Notes: generated by a model not told the origin, from the letters alone. 64,000 nt of DNA from Octopus vulgaris (GCA_951406725.2 OX597816.1:106392001-106456000), one strand, 5' to 3'. Numbered from the stretch's first letter, positions 37,772 to 53,519 are shown. Program-made: numbers and translations.

Positions 37772-37867
37772 TTACGTCATTGAGCCAAACACAGGGTTAT
37801 GGCGACATATACTAGGCCCATGTTCATCATAATCAGCTTTGGTATGGCATACTTGGTAGAATTCCGG
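37772..37867 (-). CDS. ACTR3: Arp3 last coding exon ([31 protein letters not shown])
   Basis: Acceptor tattctag; TAA at 37772-37774. Not in the ORF track. Confidence 0.95.
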   Translation of the reverse strand, partial: PEFYQVCHTKADYDEHGPSICRHNPVFGSMT

Positions 37868-40800
37868 CTAGAATAGAAAAAAATAAGTATATATACATAT
37901 ATATAAATAACTGGTTCTCAGATTTTCATCAACACCATGATTCAAACTTTATTATTACCATTTAACCATGCCTCCACCATTCACTGCCATCCCTATCCAT
38001 TTACACTCTCCTTTCACACAATCATGAACTTACCCATTTACCCTATCTTGTCCTCTAATACCCAACTTCCTGTAACTGGAAGCTATGACCTGACATCACC
38101 ATCTCTCATTTTCCAACTAGGATAGCCATATATCTCCACTACTGCAAGATACCTTTATCATACTTTGACCTCTCATCACCTGGCATAAAGCCACTTCCCT
38201 CAATACTACACTCCTCAGTTGAGGGAGTCTTGTGAGTCATTTAGTGGTCTCACTAGTGCCAATGCTATGTAAAGTGGTTGATGTTGGGAAGGGCATCCAG
38301 TCATAGAAATTATGCAAAAGCAAATATTGGAGTTTGGTGAAGACTCATCAGCTCCTGTCAAACCATACAACTCGTGCCAGCATGGAAAACGAGCATTAAA
38401 CAATGATGATGACAATATATTATCCTCTTCCTTGAGATAGGAATGTAATCCTTATTTACAACTGCTTCCACATTGGACACTTATCTACAACTGAAGTAAC
38501 TGTCTTCCCTGCTAGCTGTCCTTTCAGTTGCTAACCATTCAACTATCAAGGATTGGGATCTTTGCAGTCAGTTTATAGTGATATACATAAAGCATGCATT
38601 TTGCACCAAAAGATTCTATGAGAGTTTCTCTCATGGTATCTACTACAGTAAAGTTTGTTCTAACAGAACATCCACATTTATGTGGGGATACATATTTATT
38701 TCTTTATTGCCTACAGGGAGCTAAACATAGAGGGGACAAACAAGGGCAAAGGGATTAAGTCAATTACATCGACTCCAATGCATAACTAGTACTTACTTAA
38801 TCAACCCTGAAAGGATGAAAGGTAAAGTTGACCTCGGCAGAATTTGAACTTAGAACGTGGTAGACAAAATACCGCTAGGCATTTCACCCGGCATGCTAAT
38901 GATTCTGCCAGCTCGCCACCCTGTGGGGATACATACTACCTCTCAGTTAGGCAGAATGTAGGTGCTTTGTCTTACAAGCTTTCCCTGAGAGAATACCATA
39001 ACAATTGTAGTATGGTTTGAGCTGATGATCATGTGGTCAATAATACAGCAACAGTCCTTATTTTAATTTAACTAAATTTACTGTCTTTATACATACAGTA
39101 TATGATACAATCAGCTAAAACAATAGGCAACCTTCCCTTATGTAATACAGAGAGCCAATTGAGCTTCCTGTCTTTCTGCATTAAGGACAAATTAGCTTGG
39201 AAGTGTTCATCCCTCATCAATCCAGATTCAGGTTGAAGGGGGATTAACACTCTCAATGTATTGATAAGAAACAATTTGCTTATATTTCAATTAATTTTGA
39301 AAACAATCAAGAACTTGGAAAGGTTTCATGAAGTACAGATTCTTTATTCCGTGTTAAGCTAATGTTTAGAATTCAAGAAAAGGTTCTTGCATAAAACTGA
39401 ACAGAAAACTTTACTGAAATATCTTACCATTTCATCACCAAGTAAAATGGCCAGTGAATGAGCCTCTAATTGGTCAATTGATCTGCTAGAAATAGTAACT
39501 AAATCTCCTTCAAATCATATGCCATCATATAAAACAATGGAATGATACATTAGATAATGTAGTCCAAGATAGCATTAAAGACAGTGACAACTGGAGTGCT
39601 TTTGACCATAGGTTTGTTCAATCAGGCTTGACTTACAGCTAAACAACTTCAACATGTATATGATCTGATCGAAAACAATCTCTTTTAACAAGATTTGATC
39701 ATTTTTAGTGGGTGGAAAACACAGATAATATTTTGCTGGTATTAGAGTAATGATAGAAAAGAACTTGTACCCCTATTTTACTAAGTAACAGACATTTCGG
39801 TTGAAAATCTAAAGTTTAAATTGATGAGGAGAGGAAGAATTAAAGACATTTTTACCAAAATCAATATCAATATGCAATTTTCATATTGGCCTAAATCAAT
39901 ATGTAGTTTTTTTTTCAAATAAGGCAGCTTCATTGGTGGGGGAGGGTTAAATAAACATACACCACATCACATATAACATTTTCATATTATTCTAAATCAG
40001 CAAAAAATATATATCAAAGACCTAAATAGTATCTGAGGAAGAAAAATTTCCTTTCATGTCAATGAACTGGTTTTCTGGTTAATCATTTTTTTAAAAATGA
40101 TTGCTTTTGAGACTGAGATTTATATAAAAATCATATAATATAGAAGAAAATAAATAACTATATGTTGTCAGTTAACAATAACTCCATTCTATATAATATT
40201 CTTTTTATTATTTCATGTCCACTTTTCCATGCTTGCAAGGATGGAATGGTTTCTCCTTCTCTCTAATTTATTTTGGTGGTTCATTTTGTTTTATTTATTG
40301 ATTGATTGATTTTGTATTTTACTGCTGAAACGTTCTTCATATTGCTGATCATTCAATGATTTTTCTTTTTTTTGTTCTTTAACAGGCAAGCTGGAACAAG
40401 CAGAATCTTGCTCAGTAATATAACACAGTGACTAAAGTAGGATTTGCACTTAAAAACCTTTAAGTTCACAGCTATTGTATCTCTAGTTTTTATATGACAT
40501 TAAATTTTGTTTAGTAATTGCAAGTTCTTTTCTGATGTTTCCAGGTTAATAATAACTTACTAGTATAAGATAAAGAAGTTTACTATGCCTGAAATTTTGA
40601 ACAAAATGTATAACTTTACATATATCAGTGGCATAGTGGATAAGAGCTATATTACCCTTTGTTGAGAAATAAGATTTTTTTCACGTTTAGTTCAAATTCA
40701 CTTTGTTTCTATGTACATATCCAGAAATAAGTCACCAGAGATGTAGTATAGAGGCAAATGCTAAAGAAAAGTTACTCTCTAAAGATAATAAGGTTAATAG

Positions 40801-43800
40801 TAAAAACAAAATTTTCAGAAGTATCTCTGCTAAAAATATTTTAATTTTTTGCATCTCCCCAAACCAATGTTCAGCTTAAAAGAGAAAAAAAAACCTTTGC
40901 TCAAAATAATGTATTACGTAGCATGGTGGGGTTAGAAGTTATTGCATAGCTAACAGGTTTTAAAGTCATCGAAATACTCACCGTTGAAGCAAGCATACTA
41001 CCACCAAACCAAACTGCGTAACGTTGCATGTGATGAGATATGACCTGGCATTCAATAGGTTTTGGCTGCCAAAGAAAACACACAACGGTTGTAAAGAATT
41101 ATTCATGAAAACAATATAATTTAATACAAAAGTTATATATCAGCTAATGAAATGTTAATATGACAAAACAAAAAAATTTGTGAAATTGCTGTTATGGAAG
41201 TTGACCAGTTTTTTATGAACAAGTGATAAATATTGAAATTTTTGCAACACACATTTCTACAAGTGCTTAAACCTTGTCACTGCAAAAAGCATTGTTATGT
41301 ATTGATCTGTCTTTTGTTAAGGATATCATGTTACATTTTTGTTGGAGGCATGTCTGTATATTGAGGCAACATGACTTGTAGAAAATACCAATTCTATTTT
41401 TTGGTAGATCATTACTAGAATTACATCATTACTAGAATAACAATGAAATTTTATTTTGCAGTTTAAGTGTTAATTGCTTATAATTTGTGAACCATATTTT
41501 TTTTAACTGGTAATATTTTTGATTGACTTTAGTGTTTCTCTTCAAGAAGCGTACCGGGGTTTTCCGAAAATCTGCCCAGGGCTGTTAAATGGAAAATTCT
41601 ATTTTACAAAACTATTTTTGGCTTAAATAACCACCCACCTATAATAAGCACCCAGGGGCAATAATATGGAAGTAAAATATTTCACCTAGGAAGAACAAAG
41701 ATATTCTCAAAAACCATATTTATTTTATACAATTCCACTGAACTTCTGTCGTTTCCATTATCAGATATATAGACAAAGAAACTGAAACAGTCTTAAAAGA
41801 AGTAGCATATTAAAAAATATTCTGAAGTTAACAATGGATCTATTAAGAAATATTGAAAATTAAACTGTTGAAAATATGAATAGAAACCTCGTATGAACAA
41901 ATAATGTTCTTGGGCATTTCTGGTAGAATAATAACCAAATAGTTTCAAGTTAAATGTCATGAATTTCCTCATTTGTTGCTTGGCCATAATTCATATCAGA
42001 GAAAATTTCATTTACTTGTATCTTATCTTCTTCAATTTTGACAATATGTGCATCTGGCGCATTTACCTCAAGGCCAGACAAAACATCTAGTAAGCGTGAG
42101 TTTAAGAAGCTGTTCTACAGTCTGCCCATGAGGAGCAATTCCACAACATTCAAAAGCACACTTTATAGTTTCTTTATTTAAAGTGGCAACAGCTTAGATC
42201 ACAAAGTTCACTATCTCTTGATAAGAAGGCTTTTTGCAATGTCCTTTATTTGTATACTTCTTTTTGCCATTTGAAAACCAACTCTCCCATTCAGCATGAA
42301 GGGTTTTCTTGAAAGGACCAATAATTGATACATCTAATGGTTGCGAGTAAGCTGTTGTTTTAGGAGGTATAAGTTTGAGAATCATATTCCTACATTTGAA
42401 CACTTCTAGGAGCTCTGTTTTCTTGTGCACTGAGCATTCATCCATGAATAGCACTGAATTTTGAGCATGGAATAGTTGTGCTGTTCTCTGCCCAAACACT
42501 TTGTCACCCACAGCTGCATGAGTTCATATGTGATTGATCCCTTGTTGGAGACTTAAGTAAATATTTTTGGGGACCTTGATTTTAGGCACGTTTTTCAATC
42601 CTTTAAGGATAATCATTGTTTTTAACACCTCTCCTGCAGCATTAACACACAACACAGCAGTAAAACAAGCTTTGGTAGCACCACAGTGGCTAGCATCTAC
42701 ATTTTTATTGCCAACAAAGTCTATGGTTGTTGAACTCAACATGTCAATGTATACAGGTGTTTCATCCATATTATAAATCTGGTCAGCATCCTTACCCGCT
42801 GTTAAGACTGGAATACTATCTAGATAGTCACTGGCGATTTGTGCCTTTTCTCCAAGTGTTTTATTGTCCACCTGACCAACATGTGTAATCTTTTTAACAG
42901 TCAGTTTATTCCATTTCATGAAATTCAAAAATCCTCTTATCAGAACATCTAATGATGTTCATTTCAATTCCAAACCTTTTTACCAATTCAAAAGTATATT
43001 CCCATAAATGGCAATAATTTACAATTATATTGTTTGCATGCTGAACAACAATCCACTGTAAGAGTTCAATCTCTAGATCTCTATGTGCTGGTCCTCTACC
43101 TCCACCAATTGATCTGCGCCTCCTCTTGTCTGACATATTGATTAACTCAGCTTCTTTTGTGCACTATCCTCTCAATCATTTTCTATCAATATCTAAGTCT
43201 CTTGATGCAGCAGATAAATTGCCAGAATGTTCTTTCACTTGTTTAATAGCACTCAATTTTTCACTAATGGTATATGATCATTGAACACGTTTTGATCTAT
43301 TTTCTTTCAACTCCATTATTGGGAATAAAAATCTTTTGAATTTATCTACAGATGTAGAGCAAATGAATGTCTAAACAGAATGCAAACAAGAACACTAACT
43401 GTTTCAACTTTCAACTACATAACCGCCCATGGGTGATTTAATGGATGGGCGGATTTTCAGAAAACCCTGGTACTACTTTTATTGCAGTGTACTTTAACTC
43501 TCCTTTGGACAATTGGTACACACAAACACGCACACCTCAAGCAGCTTCATGTCTTAGAAAACATACCTTTAATCTACCTCCACCAAGTTCTTCACTAGCT
43601 TTCAGGCGAGCATCAACTATTCTCTTGACATCCCTTTGTAGCTTGCGACCAAAATCTCTAAACATGGTAGATCCTCCTGACAAAACTATATTCTGAAAAA
43701 TTTTGAAGCAGAAAATTAGATGTAGTTTACTTGGTATCATTGAATGACTGAAGAATTTTCATAAAATTAAGAAAACAGCCTTTTAAGTATAACTAAATCT

Positions 43801-46800
43801 TTGCCAACTATAGAATGGAAAATATTTACCTGTAAGTTTTAAGCTTTTTCCAAGCTAAAACACTTCACACATAAGTGTTAAAACCTAGTTGCAGTTGCAT
43901 TAAGTAAATACAACATGAATTGCTCTTATAAAATGCTGTACTATAGTAAACCAACAGCTAATAATGTTGGAAATTAGTTGCTCAACCTATCTAAATTGTG
44001 ACTGGTGTCAAAAGACATGTTGAATAATTTACTTAAAAGATGTGTTGGTGCAGATCCAATATCACCTCATGCATTTAGCTATTGAACTTATTAATATTTG
44101 AAAATTGCAAATTAGTTGATTGCAGTTGAAAATATGTTTCAGGAAAACCACATCTATAACTTAGTATTAAATTCCATTTGTATACTAATCACTTCACTTA
44201 TGTTTTTAATGACTTTTCAAAAAGATCTGAAGATTAAACAAGTTCATTTCTGTTCTCTAAAATTTGAGGTTTTGTGCTTAACAAAGACACAAATGTTATA
44301 ACATGATTCAAATAATTCAATTGGTTTGTTATCTATGCACCAAAAATACATGACAGCTAGAATACTTTAATGGCAAAGTATGAAAGGTCTACTTTAGAAT
44401 TTTCTATTATCTTGAAAACAGTATTAAATATATTTTGTTGGCTTACCCGATATAGACCTCGACGCACATCAATAGGACAATTCTGGATGACATTGTCCAC
44501 TATTTCAGAAATTGGAATGGTAAAGTCAGGGTTTGAAAACTAAAGAAAGAAAAAATAACATTTCAATAAGATGTCACACTGAAAGGGCTAACTTGAATAA
44601 TTTCATATGAAAAGCATGACTAGTATAAATATTCTTTTCACAGAGAAGGAAATAAAAGGAAGGTCTTTGAATTTATAAAGTTATGGAAAAGCAGAAGTGA
44701 TGGCTAACATGGCCAGAGTTTCAAGTTCACTGCCAGATAACACATGACAGCAATATATAGGAGTCTCAGTTCAGTTGATTACAATGTAAATAATGGCTGT
44801 CTATTTAGTCAGAAGAAAGCAATATTCTGGCTCTCAATGTCTTACAATAAACTCTGAAGATTTATTGTGAATGATGCTTAGGTGCATGTTGGGAAATCCC
44901 CAATGAAATAGTGTTACTGTAAAAAAAAATATTAGATAACTTGTAATATGAACAGTGAGACAGACAGTTGAAGGAAGTGACAGGTTTAAATAATTACTGA
45001 TTTACATGTGACTGTCTTCTGCTCACATAATAGAATGAATTTCACTGAAATAACAACCCAAGTATGTCTTCCCAGCATAGCAGCTGTAAAAGATACATTT
45101 TTCGTACAAGTGATGAAGTAATAAAAAAGGAAAATGTAAACACTGATTTCTAGGTTGTAAGGAATATTAAATTGAAACAAACGTTAACAAGAAATGAAAA
45201 AAAAAAGTTCTTACTCAAATTATAAAGTTCTAATTTTCCATTTGGAAAACATGGCAGTGCCATGCACAAACAACAATAGGAAAAAGTTTTTCAAGGCATG
45301 AACAGTGTGTTACATATCTAAATTAATATTAATTCTTACCTCTGGATGGAAGAAAATTTCTGGTCCAAGAAATCGTTCATAACCAACATCTACACTGAAA
45401 GGGCTTTTGTTCACGCTGTTTAAACCATCAAATCTTTTGATCCACTTCGTAGGATCTTGATCATACTTGTTGAATTCTTTAGCTATATCAGGACAGACGT
45501 AGCAAAATCGCTCCTAAAATATACAACCATTGAAACCAATAAATGCAATCCAAGAGTGAAAGAAAACAGCAACAAACAAGGAGAAAAGCTGTTGCTATAG
45601 CTGAAGGACAGTCATGGATGAACGTAAAGTACATGTTACAGGTATGTATACAAACTTGAACAAGTGGATATAGATGTGCAAGAGTGTACATATATGTCCC
45701 GAAGTGTAAATACATTATCATCATCATCATTTAGCATCTGCTTTCCATGCTGGCAAGGGTGAAACGATTTGACTGAAACTGGTAAGCTGTAGGGCTACAT
45801 CCAATCTTATTTGGTATGGTTTCTATGGCTGGATGCTCTTCCTAATGCCAGACACTCCAAGAATGTAGTGGATGCCTTTTACATGCCACCGGCATGGGTG
45901 CCAGTTCTGTAACACCAGCCACGACTATGATCTCACTTGGCTTGATGAGTCATCTTAAGCATGGTATATCACCAAAGGTCTTGATCACTTATCATTGCCT
46001 CCATGAAGTCCAATATTCAAAAGTTGCTTTTTATGTTCCACCAGCACAGGTGCCATTTACATGACACTGGCATCAGTCACAACCACAATTTTGCTTGGCT
46101 TGATGAGTCTTCTCAAGAACAGCATATCGCCAAAGGTCTTGATCACTTGTCGTTGCCTCCATGATGCCCAATGTTTGAAGATCATGCTTCACTACCTCAT
46201 CCCATGACTTCCTGGGTCTACCCCTTCCACAGGTTTCACTCATAGTGATTATTTTCCTATTGTAATTCCCTCCACATATGATTATTATAATTTTATATAC
46301 ATATATATACATCTCTAAAAGCAAGCATGTTTATGCAGACATTAGTGAAGCATGGAAGTGAGAGTCCAAAAGACTCAAAGTTGGTCCAAACAACCAAATA
46401 TGGAAAAATATGAAAAGAACCCTGGGAGATAAAGAAACTAAGGAAAAGAATTTACTTTTCAATATATCAAATGTAATACAACTTTATTATATATAAATTA
46501 ATTTTACAAAGAAACCTAAATTATAAGTCTACATTAATTCATATATTTGTTTTCTTGTGATTTGCCTTGCATTTACTTCACATTGTTCTGGCCTTACCCA
46601 TGATCCTTTATACATTAAATTATAACAAAAATTAAAGATTCCACCCCACCATCACCAAGAACTACACAAAGAAACAACAATCTCCAATCCTTCCCAGTTG
46701 AGATGTTTGTTCATTTGTTTAATGTCCTTTTTTTTTTCTTCCCTTGCTAACATGGATTGGAGGTGGAAGGGAGCATATTTGAAGAAGGGTTTACCATGCA

Positions 46801-49800
46801 CATTTGCATGCACATGTACACAAGCACACGCACAATGATTCTTACAGTTTCCATCTATCAAATTCATTCACAAAGCATAGGTTGGTCAGGGGCTATCATA
46901 GAAGTTACTTGCCAAGGTACTGTGCCATAAGACTGAACTCATGAGGTTGCAAATCAAACTTACTAACCACACACCCCTACCTGCTCCTACATGTTACATA
47001 CAATATACTCTTTTGGTATTTTATTCTTTACAACTTAAGAACTCTTAAGCTGAACCAAAGCAAGATGTAAAAACCACAGAAGGGAAAAAGCAAGAATGAT
47101 TTTGTTGTTCTGAATCAAAACATACTAGCTCAAAACTATTCTATTTCAACATAAAAAATATTTTAGCTAACAAAAGAAAAAAGAGAGAGAGAGGGGAGAG
47201 AGAGAGACAAAACATTTGTATTGCTTGAATTTGTCTAGAAAGGCTCTTCAATTAGAACAAAGACAAAGTGCAAGCAATCATGATTCAAGGTTTAATCCCA
47301 CTGCACAGGACCTAGAGTAAGTTTTTTTTGTAACATAGCTTTGTGAATGAAATTTGGTAAATTAAAACAGTGCAGAAACCTGTATGTGCACAACGAGGGA
47401 AAATCCCAAAAGTTGAACAGAAATATCTTGTGACATTTGATTGTTCCATTAAGCCACAACAGATTATGCTTTTCTTGTAAAAAAATTTTAAAATAGTACC
47501 AAAGAAATCCTTGATGACAATACCCTAACATGGCCAGAGTCCAATGACTGAACCAGTAAAAGAATAGATAAATGAATAAGTAGATAAAACTGAAAAGATC
47601 TTACCTTAATAGCTTTAGCTGTTTCTAAGGATTGTTCTGGAGGAATTCCAGCCTCACGTTCTCTCAATAATTGTTGAATAAAATAACTAATGTCACGACC
47701 AGCAATGGGGATGTGTTTGATACAGCTACCGATCACATAACCTTCAGCCTACAATAAATAAACACACATTGGAAATATAAATATATATATATATATATAT
47801 TCACACACACATATATTCTTTCAAATAATTTTCTTTTTCTTTTACTCTGCTATAATAAACTTTCAATGTGGTTATAGATGTATTCAACATTGCTGCACAA
47901 CAGGTTATCATGAGGGTACAGAATATTGAGAAACTTGTTATTAATTTAATGTAAACTCCTTAAAGCAGGCATAAATATTACAAAACTAAGAATAATTTCA
48001 TGATAAATATGATGGCTAAGTGATTAATGTTTTAAACTATGTCAAGAATTCAACTCCATAGTGGGTGTTTCATTGCATATTTTACATTGTTGACTTAGCT
48101 CAGTCAAATAGGTACCAGATCAATCTGGCTTAGCATCAGAACTGAGTTCAGCAGTCATTCCAATTCGTTTTCCCATTGGATCTAGACTATGGTTCTGATA
48201 AGATATATTTGATGGTGTGGAACAGCCAATTCTGCATCAAACTCATCACTAGACATCTGCTGCCAGATGAATATCTTCCCTGACTATGAGAGATTCTTAA
48301 ATACTATTACTAAGACAGGACAAGTTAGATCTTATAAGGTTGCTGTTTAGTCCCAGGATCAACCCTAGTTAAACAGATCTTAAATTAAAAGACATTCCAA
48401 CCTTGACAATTCCTGCCTTTTTCAAGAATACTATATTTATGTCTACATTATCCAATTTGTCTATCCATTTTTAAATATTAGGGTAAAATTTAAGGGAAAT
48501 TGAGCAGCTATTTCTAGTAAATATGTAAAGGTTTATAATGCTGTCTTTGACTCAAGTTTAATCTTCTTCAAACAGTTATTTAAACAACTTTAGCATACAG
48601 GGAAAAATTACACATCCTTTTCAGTAAGGGACTTCTATTTAATTTTAAATTCCTACCTACTGAAGGTTCATATTTTGGGTATAGCTGATGAACCAACAAG
48701 GGAATTTATTTCAATTTCATTTTGAGTTAAGGAGACACAACAGCTAAGAGATTCAATAGGAGCTTGAATTCAAACTATAGTACTACAGCTATAGTGTATC
48801 TGAGCAAAGTATATAGGTGCTTTGCTTGAATTTGCATGAACATAAAACATATCTCTCTCCATATTTCACATCAGAGTAGTAGAAAAAACAACCAGCTGTA
48901 AAAACAATTCTACATCCATCTATAAAAGCATCCCACACATGTGCCATCAACATCATCCCTATTTTACATCTACTTTTCATCCTGGCATTGGTTGGACATG
49001 AGCATAACAAAAAAACCCTTTTGTGAAGGCTTTCTTCTACGACTAAGAATTTTAAATATGAAATGAAAAAGAAAATTAAAACAGAGTTTTACACATTCCT
49101 TTATTACTTTACCCCAATTTTAATAAGTTATCAAATACCAATTAACAGAAGCAATATGCTAAACCAGTTCAGATTAGAATCTGGATTCTGTTTGCCCTTT
49201 ATAATCTGTTTACAAGTGAAAAGTTAAATATTAAAATACAAAATATTTTAGGCATAATTTTATACATTTAGATGTTCAATTTTACATTTTGAATAATATT
49301 TAGAATTTTTTGTCAGTTCACAATATGAACTAAATAGAAACCAGAGAAGAGAATGTCATATATAAAACAGCTTGAATACTAGTAATATCAAGTTATACAT
49401 ATGAAAATTATTGATATTGCTTTCCAGAACAAGACAATATCATTTGGCACTTCCTTACATTTATTTTTTTTTATTTTATTTTTTTATTTTTTTTTTTTTG
49501 TTATCTAGCATACCCATTACATGTGTAAAAATCAGCATAAAATGCTTCAACACTTCCATTTTTCATCTATTTATCTCAATTTTTACCATCTGCTAAGCAT
49601 TTCATGTAAGTTCTGACAACAGCCAGCTCATTCATTCCAGGTGTCAGGTCAATCAGTATATCAAAATAAGAGAGCAGCATGTTTCTGAACATCGAGGGGT
49701 GGGGTGGAGAACAAGCATTGGTCAATTATGTATATATACAGCAATAGCTGATGCAACTCTCCAGATATGATTTTCTTTGGCAGACAACCAACTTTTATCC

Positions 49801-52800
49801 ATAAGACATGCTCCACTAAAAACAGGTGGATAGCAAATAAGAGTGTATCCATGTCCATTATATCCTTTAATACAAGTCCCTGAGTAAAAAACTCTTACAC
49901 GAGTAGTTCCACGTTGATTGTTGATATCAAAAGCTATCATATGGCTTTGAATGCAAGCATCAAAGTTGAATTGTTGGGTGTGTGCAACTTTCATCTTGAT
50001 AGGGACAGGACATGACATTACTGAACATCTGTTCTTTCATGGTTCAGTCAGTTTCTATGATCAAGAAACTTCAGTAAAAGATTTCTTTTAAAGACACTAC
50101 TCAGTTAAAGTAACTTGACATACATGCATGCCCCAAGCCAATAAATTACTTACCACAGGAATAACGTGTGTCACACCATCTCCGGAATCTATCACAGTAC
50201 CTGTCAGTGTACGGTCACCAACTTGACGAGAGGCCCAAGAAGCTGCTAAGGCTAGGACTGCCTAATATTAATAAAAGGAAACAAAATGAAATTTAGAAAT
50301 GAAATTTAGAAATGAAATTTAGAAATGAAATTTAAACAAAAATTAAATACTAAAAATTATAAAACCTTTAGAATAAAAGATAAAGTTTTCTGGTTAATAT
50401 TCAAATTAATAAGAATGATAGTGCACAGAAAGAAACATCAAACAACCAGAATAAATGTCAAATATATAGTTTAATGCTTTATGTTCAAATTCTGCCAGAA
50501 TTATTATATTTTTTTTTCATTACTTCACAAGTATTAAAAATAGATATCACTTACAAACTAGAATCAATTCATTCAATTATAGTCTTCACATTTGAAATTT
50601 GCCCGGATCTTTTTGGTTTGAACGGCAGTTTTTAACATACTTTCTAGGTAACTAAAAAATTTTAAACTTCATATAGTGGTAGAATGTGTTTATAAAACAT
50701 CTTTTTCTCTTGGCTTTATTGAGAAAATTCTATAGTTTGTAGGATATTTGTTGTTATTTTTCTTCAATTTCTGCAATTTCAACCAATCGATGACGTCCAT
50801 TGAGTTAAAAAGCATTCTGTCTGTGCCATATGAATATGTCCCTCGTTTAAGAAACAGATTGGGTTTATTTACATTTGTGAAAAAAAAAGATACCTTTCCC
50901 CTAACCCTAACAGAAATTGAAATGCAATAGATCGATTCTAGGGTCATAATTATGGGTGACAATTTCATATGACACCGCTAGAAAAAACTGCCATTCAAAC
51001 CAAAAAGATCCATTTGCCCTAGTCAAAAGAAATTTCATTCAACAAACTCAGAGACAGTTACGTCCCTTTATGTATTCAGTTACATCACTGACTTCTGAGG
51101 TCTATGAAATGAATATTAGCCAAGCACTGAAATCAATTAGATTGATTCTAAGGAAAAATCTGGTTTCCAAGGAAACTGGTGATGGTCTGCATCAGCAATT
51201 ATAAGTCAATAGGAAGGTTCAGTTAGTTCATTAGTGAAGAGTGTTACAAAAGTCTAATGTTTTGGGGCTTTGCTCTTCATCTAACAATGAGGGTATGGGG
51301 AAAAAAAGTAGTGCTGCCATTTAGGTTTGTCTCTAACCCAATCTACACACTTTCCCACATTTTCCTTATTCTGGGATGAAGAACAAAGCAGAAAATGTTA
51401 GACTTTATTTCTTCTCATAAAAAAAATGAATTTATCAAACCAAGTTCAACAACACAGTCACACAAAATGTATGATGCCTGTATAGCAATGGCAGAAATCC
51501 ATTTTCTTCTAAAGCAGTGGTTCTCAACTGGGGTCCATATAAGATTTTGTTAAAATTTATGTGTAATAAATTGATTATACTTCTACAATACACAAAATAT
51601 TTAAAGTCTTTTTATATACAATTCCAAACAATATTTAATTATACAAATATAATAGGATTTTTTAAAACATTAATGGCAGTATAGTAAAATAGGAATCACA
51701 GGGGTCCATGGGTGAAATGGTTGAGAAATAATCATCTAAAAGAATGATTTTAGCACACAAGAAAAAAAGATAAACCATATACACATAGGAAGTTCAGATA
51801 GATAGAACAAATTGTTTAATTAAACTAAGCATTATATAAAATAAATGGCACAATAAGATAAGCTCATTGATAAAAATGTTCTGTTGTAATAAAATCTAAT
51901 CTTTTAATGATGCTACATGATACACTTGTAACCACACTAAGGAAATGTAATAAACAATATGGAAAAGAAAAAAAAATTCTGCATATGTACACTGTTGTAA
52001 AATAATTATTCTAGAATTTATGTAAATAATCTTTCTGGGATTGTTTCAAGAGATTATCACTACCATTAACATCTTTCTGGGCAATAAAGGAGTCTCTATG
52101 TGGTAGCTCACCGAACTAGGTATAGCAACTAAATCTGACAGAACAGTCATGGTTTGACTGTACTTTGGTCATATGTCTGCACAATCGGGGCTGACCTGGG
52201 ACTAAACAACCTCTTCCTATTATTATCTTGAGTGCACCTATTGAAAAAGTATATCTTGAGCATATGGTTAGTGACTCTCATAATACATTGATTTTGTCAA
52301 ATTAATGTATGGACAAGTCCACCTAGTAGAGAGCCTCCTCGTGAAGTTATATCCACAGGAGCTAAACTCAGCATTGCAAGCTAACAATATAGTCATCAGT
52401 TTTAAAGTGTTGCTGCTTATAGTAATGAGTTGTTTACCCTACTATATCTATTGATGGACTAGTAACCTGGAGTCCTTGTTTTCTATCCACAATAGAAATA
52501 ATGTCAAGTGATGACAAGATACAAACCATCCATGTCATCTGGTCATTTATGCCTTTAATCTGAGTATACTCACAGTACATGTCTAAATAGAATATAACTA
52601 ATTCCATATTAGACATTTTGCCTATATCACATTTGTGAGTATTTATGTAAAAATAGTACAATCTAACTTTTGGTGGAATCATTAGCACATCACAGAGACT
52701 GTTTCATAAAAGCTTTTCTGTATTCAAATCCCTCAAAAGTTACATTTACATTTCAATCTTCCAAGATCAATAAAATTAAATACTAGTTAAGTACTGAAGT

Positions 52801-53519
52801 TGATTTAATTGAACAAACGTTCTGCCAAAAATTAGTGGCCTTGTGTCTGTTAGAAATGAATAGTTTGTATTTCAATATATCACTATTGATACAAAATAGC
52901 AAACTAGCAAAAATATTTTAAGATGCATTTTGAAGACAGTGACAGATAGGTATGAAAAATATGATATAATTTAAGGAAGTTTAAATCCTAGAAAACAAAT
53001 TCAAAAGAAAACTCCTACTCCACATATCATTTTCCAAAATAGTAAGCCATTGAAAAAATTAACATCCAAATCTTCCTTAATTATCTTTTCAATTGATAAT
53101 TTTCAAAGGTGTGATTCTAAAGACTTGTAGCAAAACTTGAACTTGATGGGACAAATTTCAACAAATGCAAGCATATCTAATCTACCATTAGTTGACTTAA
53201 TTATCCTACTGAATTTCAGCCACTCCTACATTGAATTTCACTACCAGCTGCAACAACAAAAATGTATTTTGATTTCCAGTGAAATGATTGGTTTAGACAT
53301 ACATATAACTATCAACTCCCATCATTATTATCACCAATTGTTCTTAATCTTATCACTGTTTCATAGACAGCACAGTAAGACTAATGTGTATAGGCAAGAA
53401 TAGATACAAAGAAACCAAACTTGCCAGTAGTTCTCAAATAATATCAGATAGACAACAATATAGAGAAGTTCTGGAAAGCAGAAATCAGTAGTGGGCAAGG
53501 AGAATTCTATATACAAACT

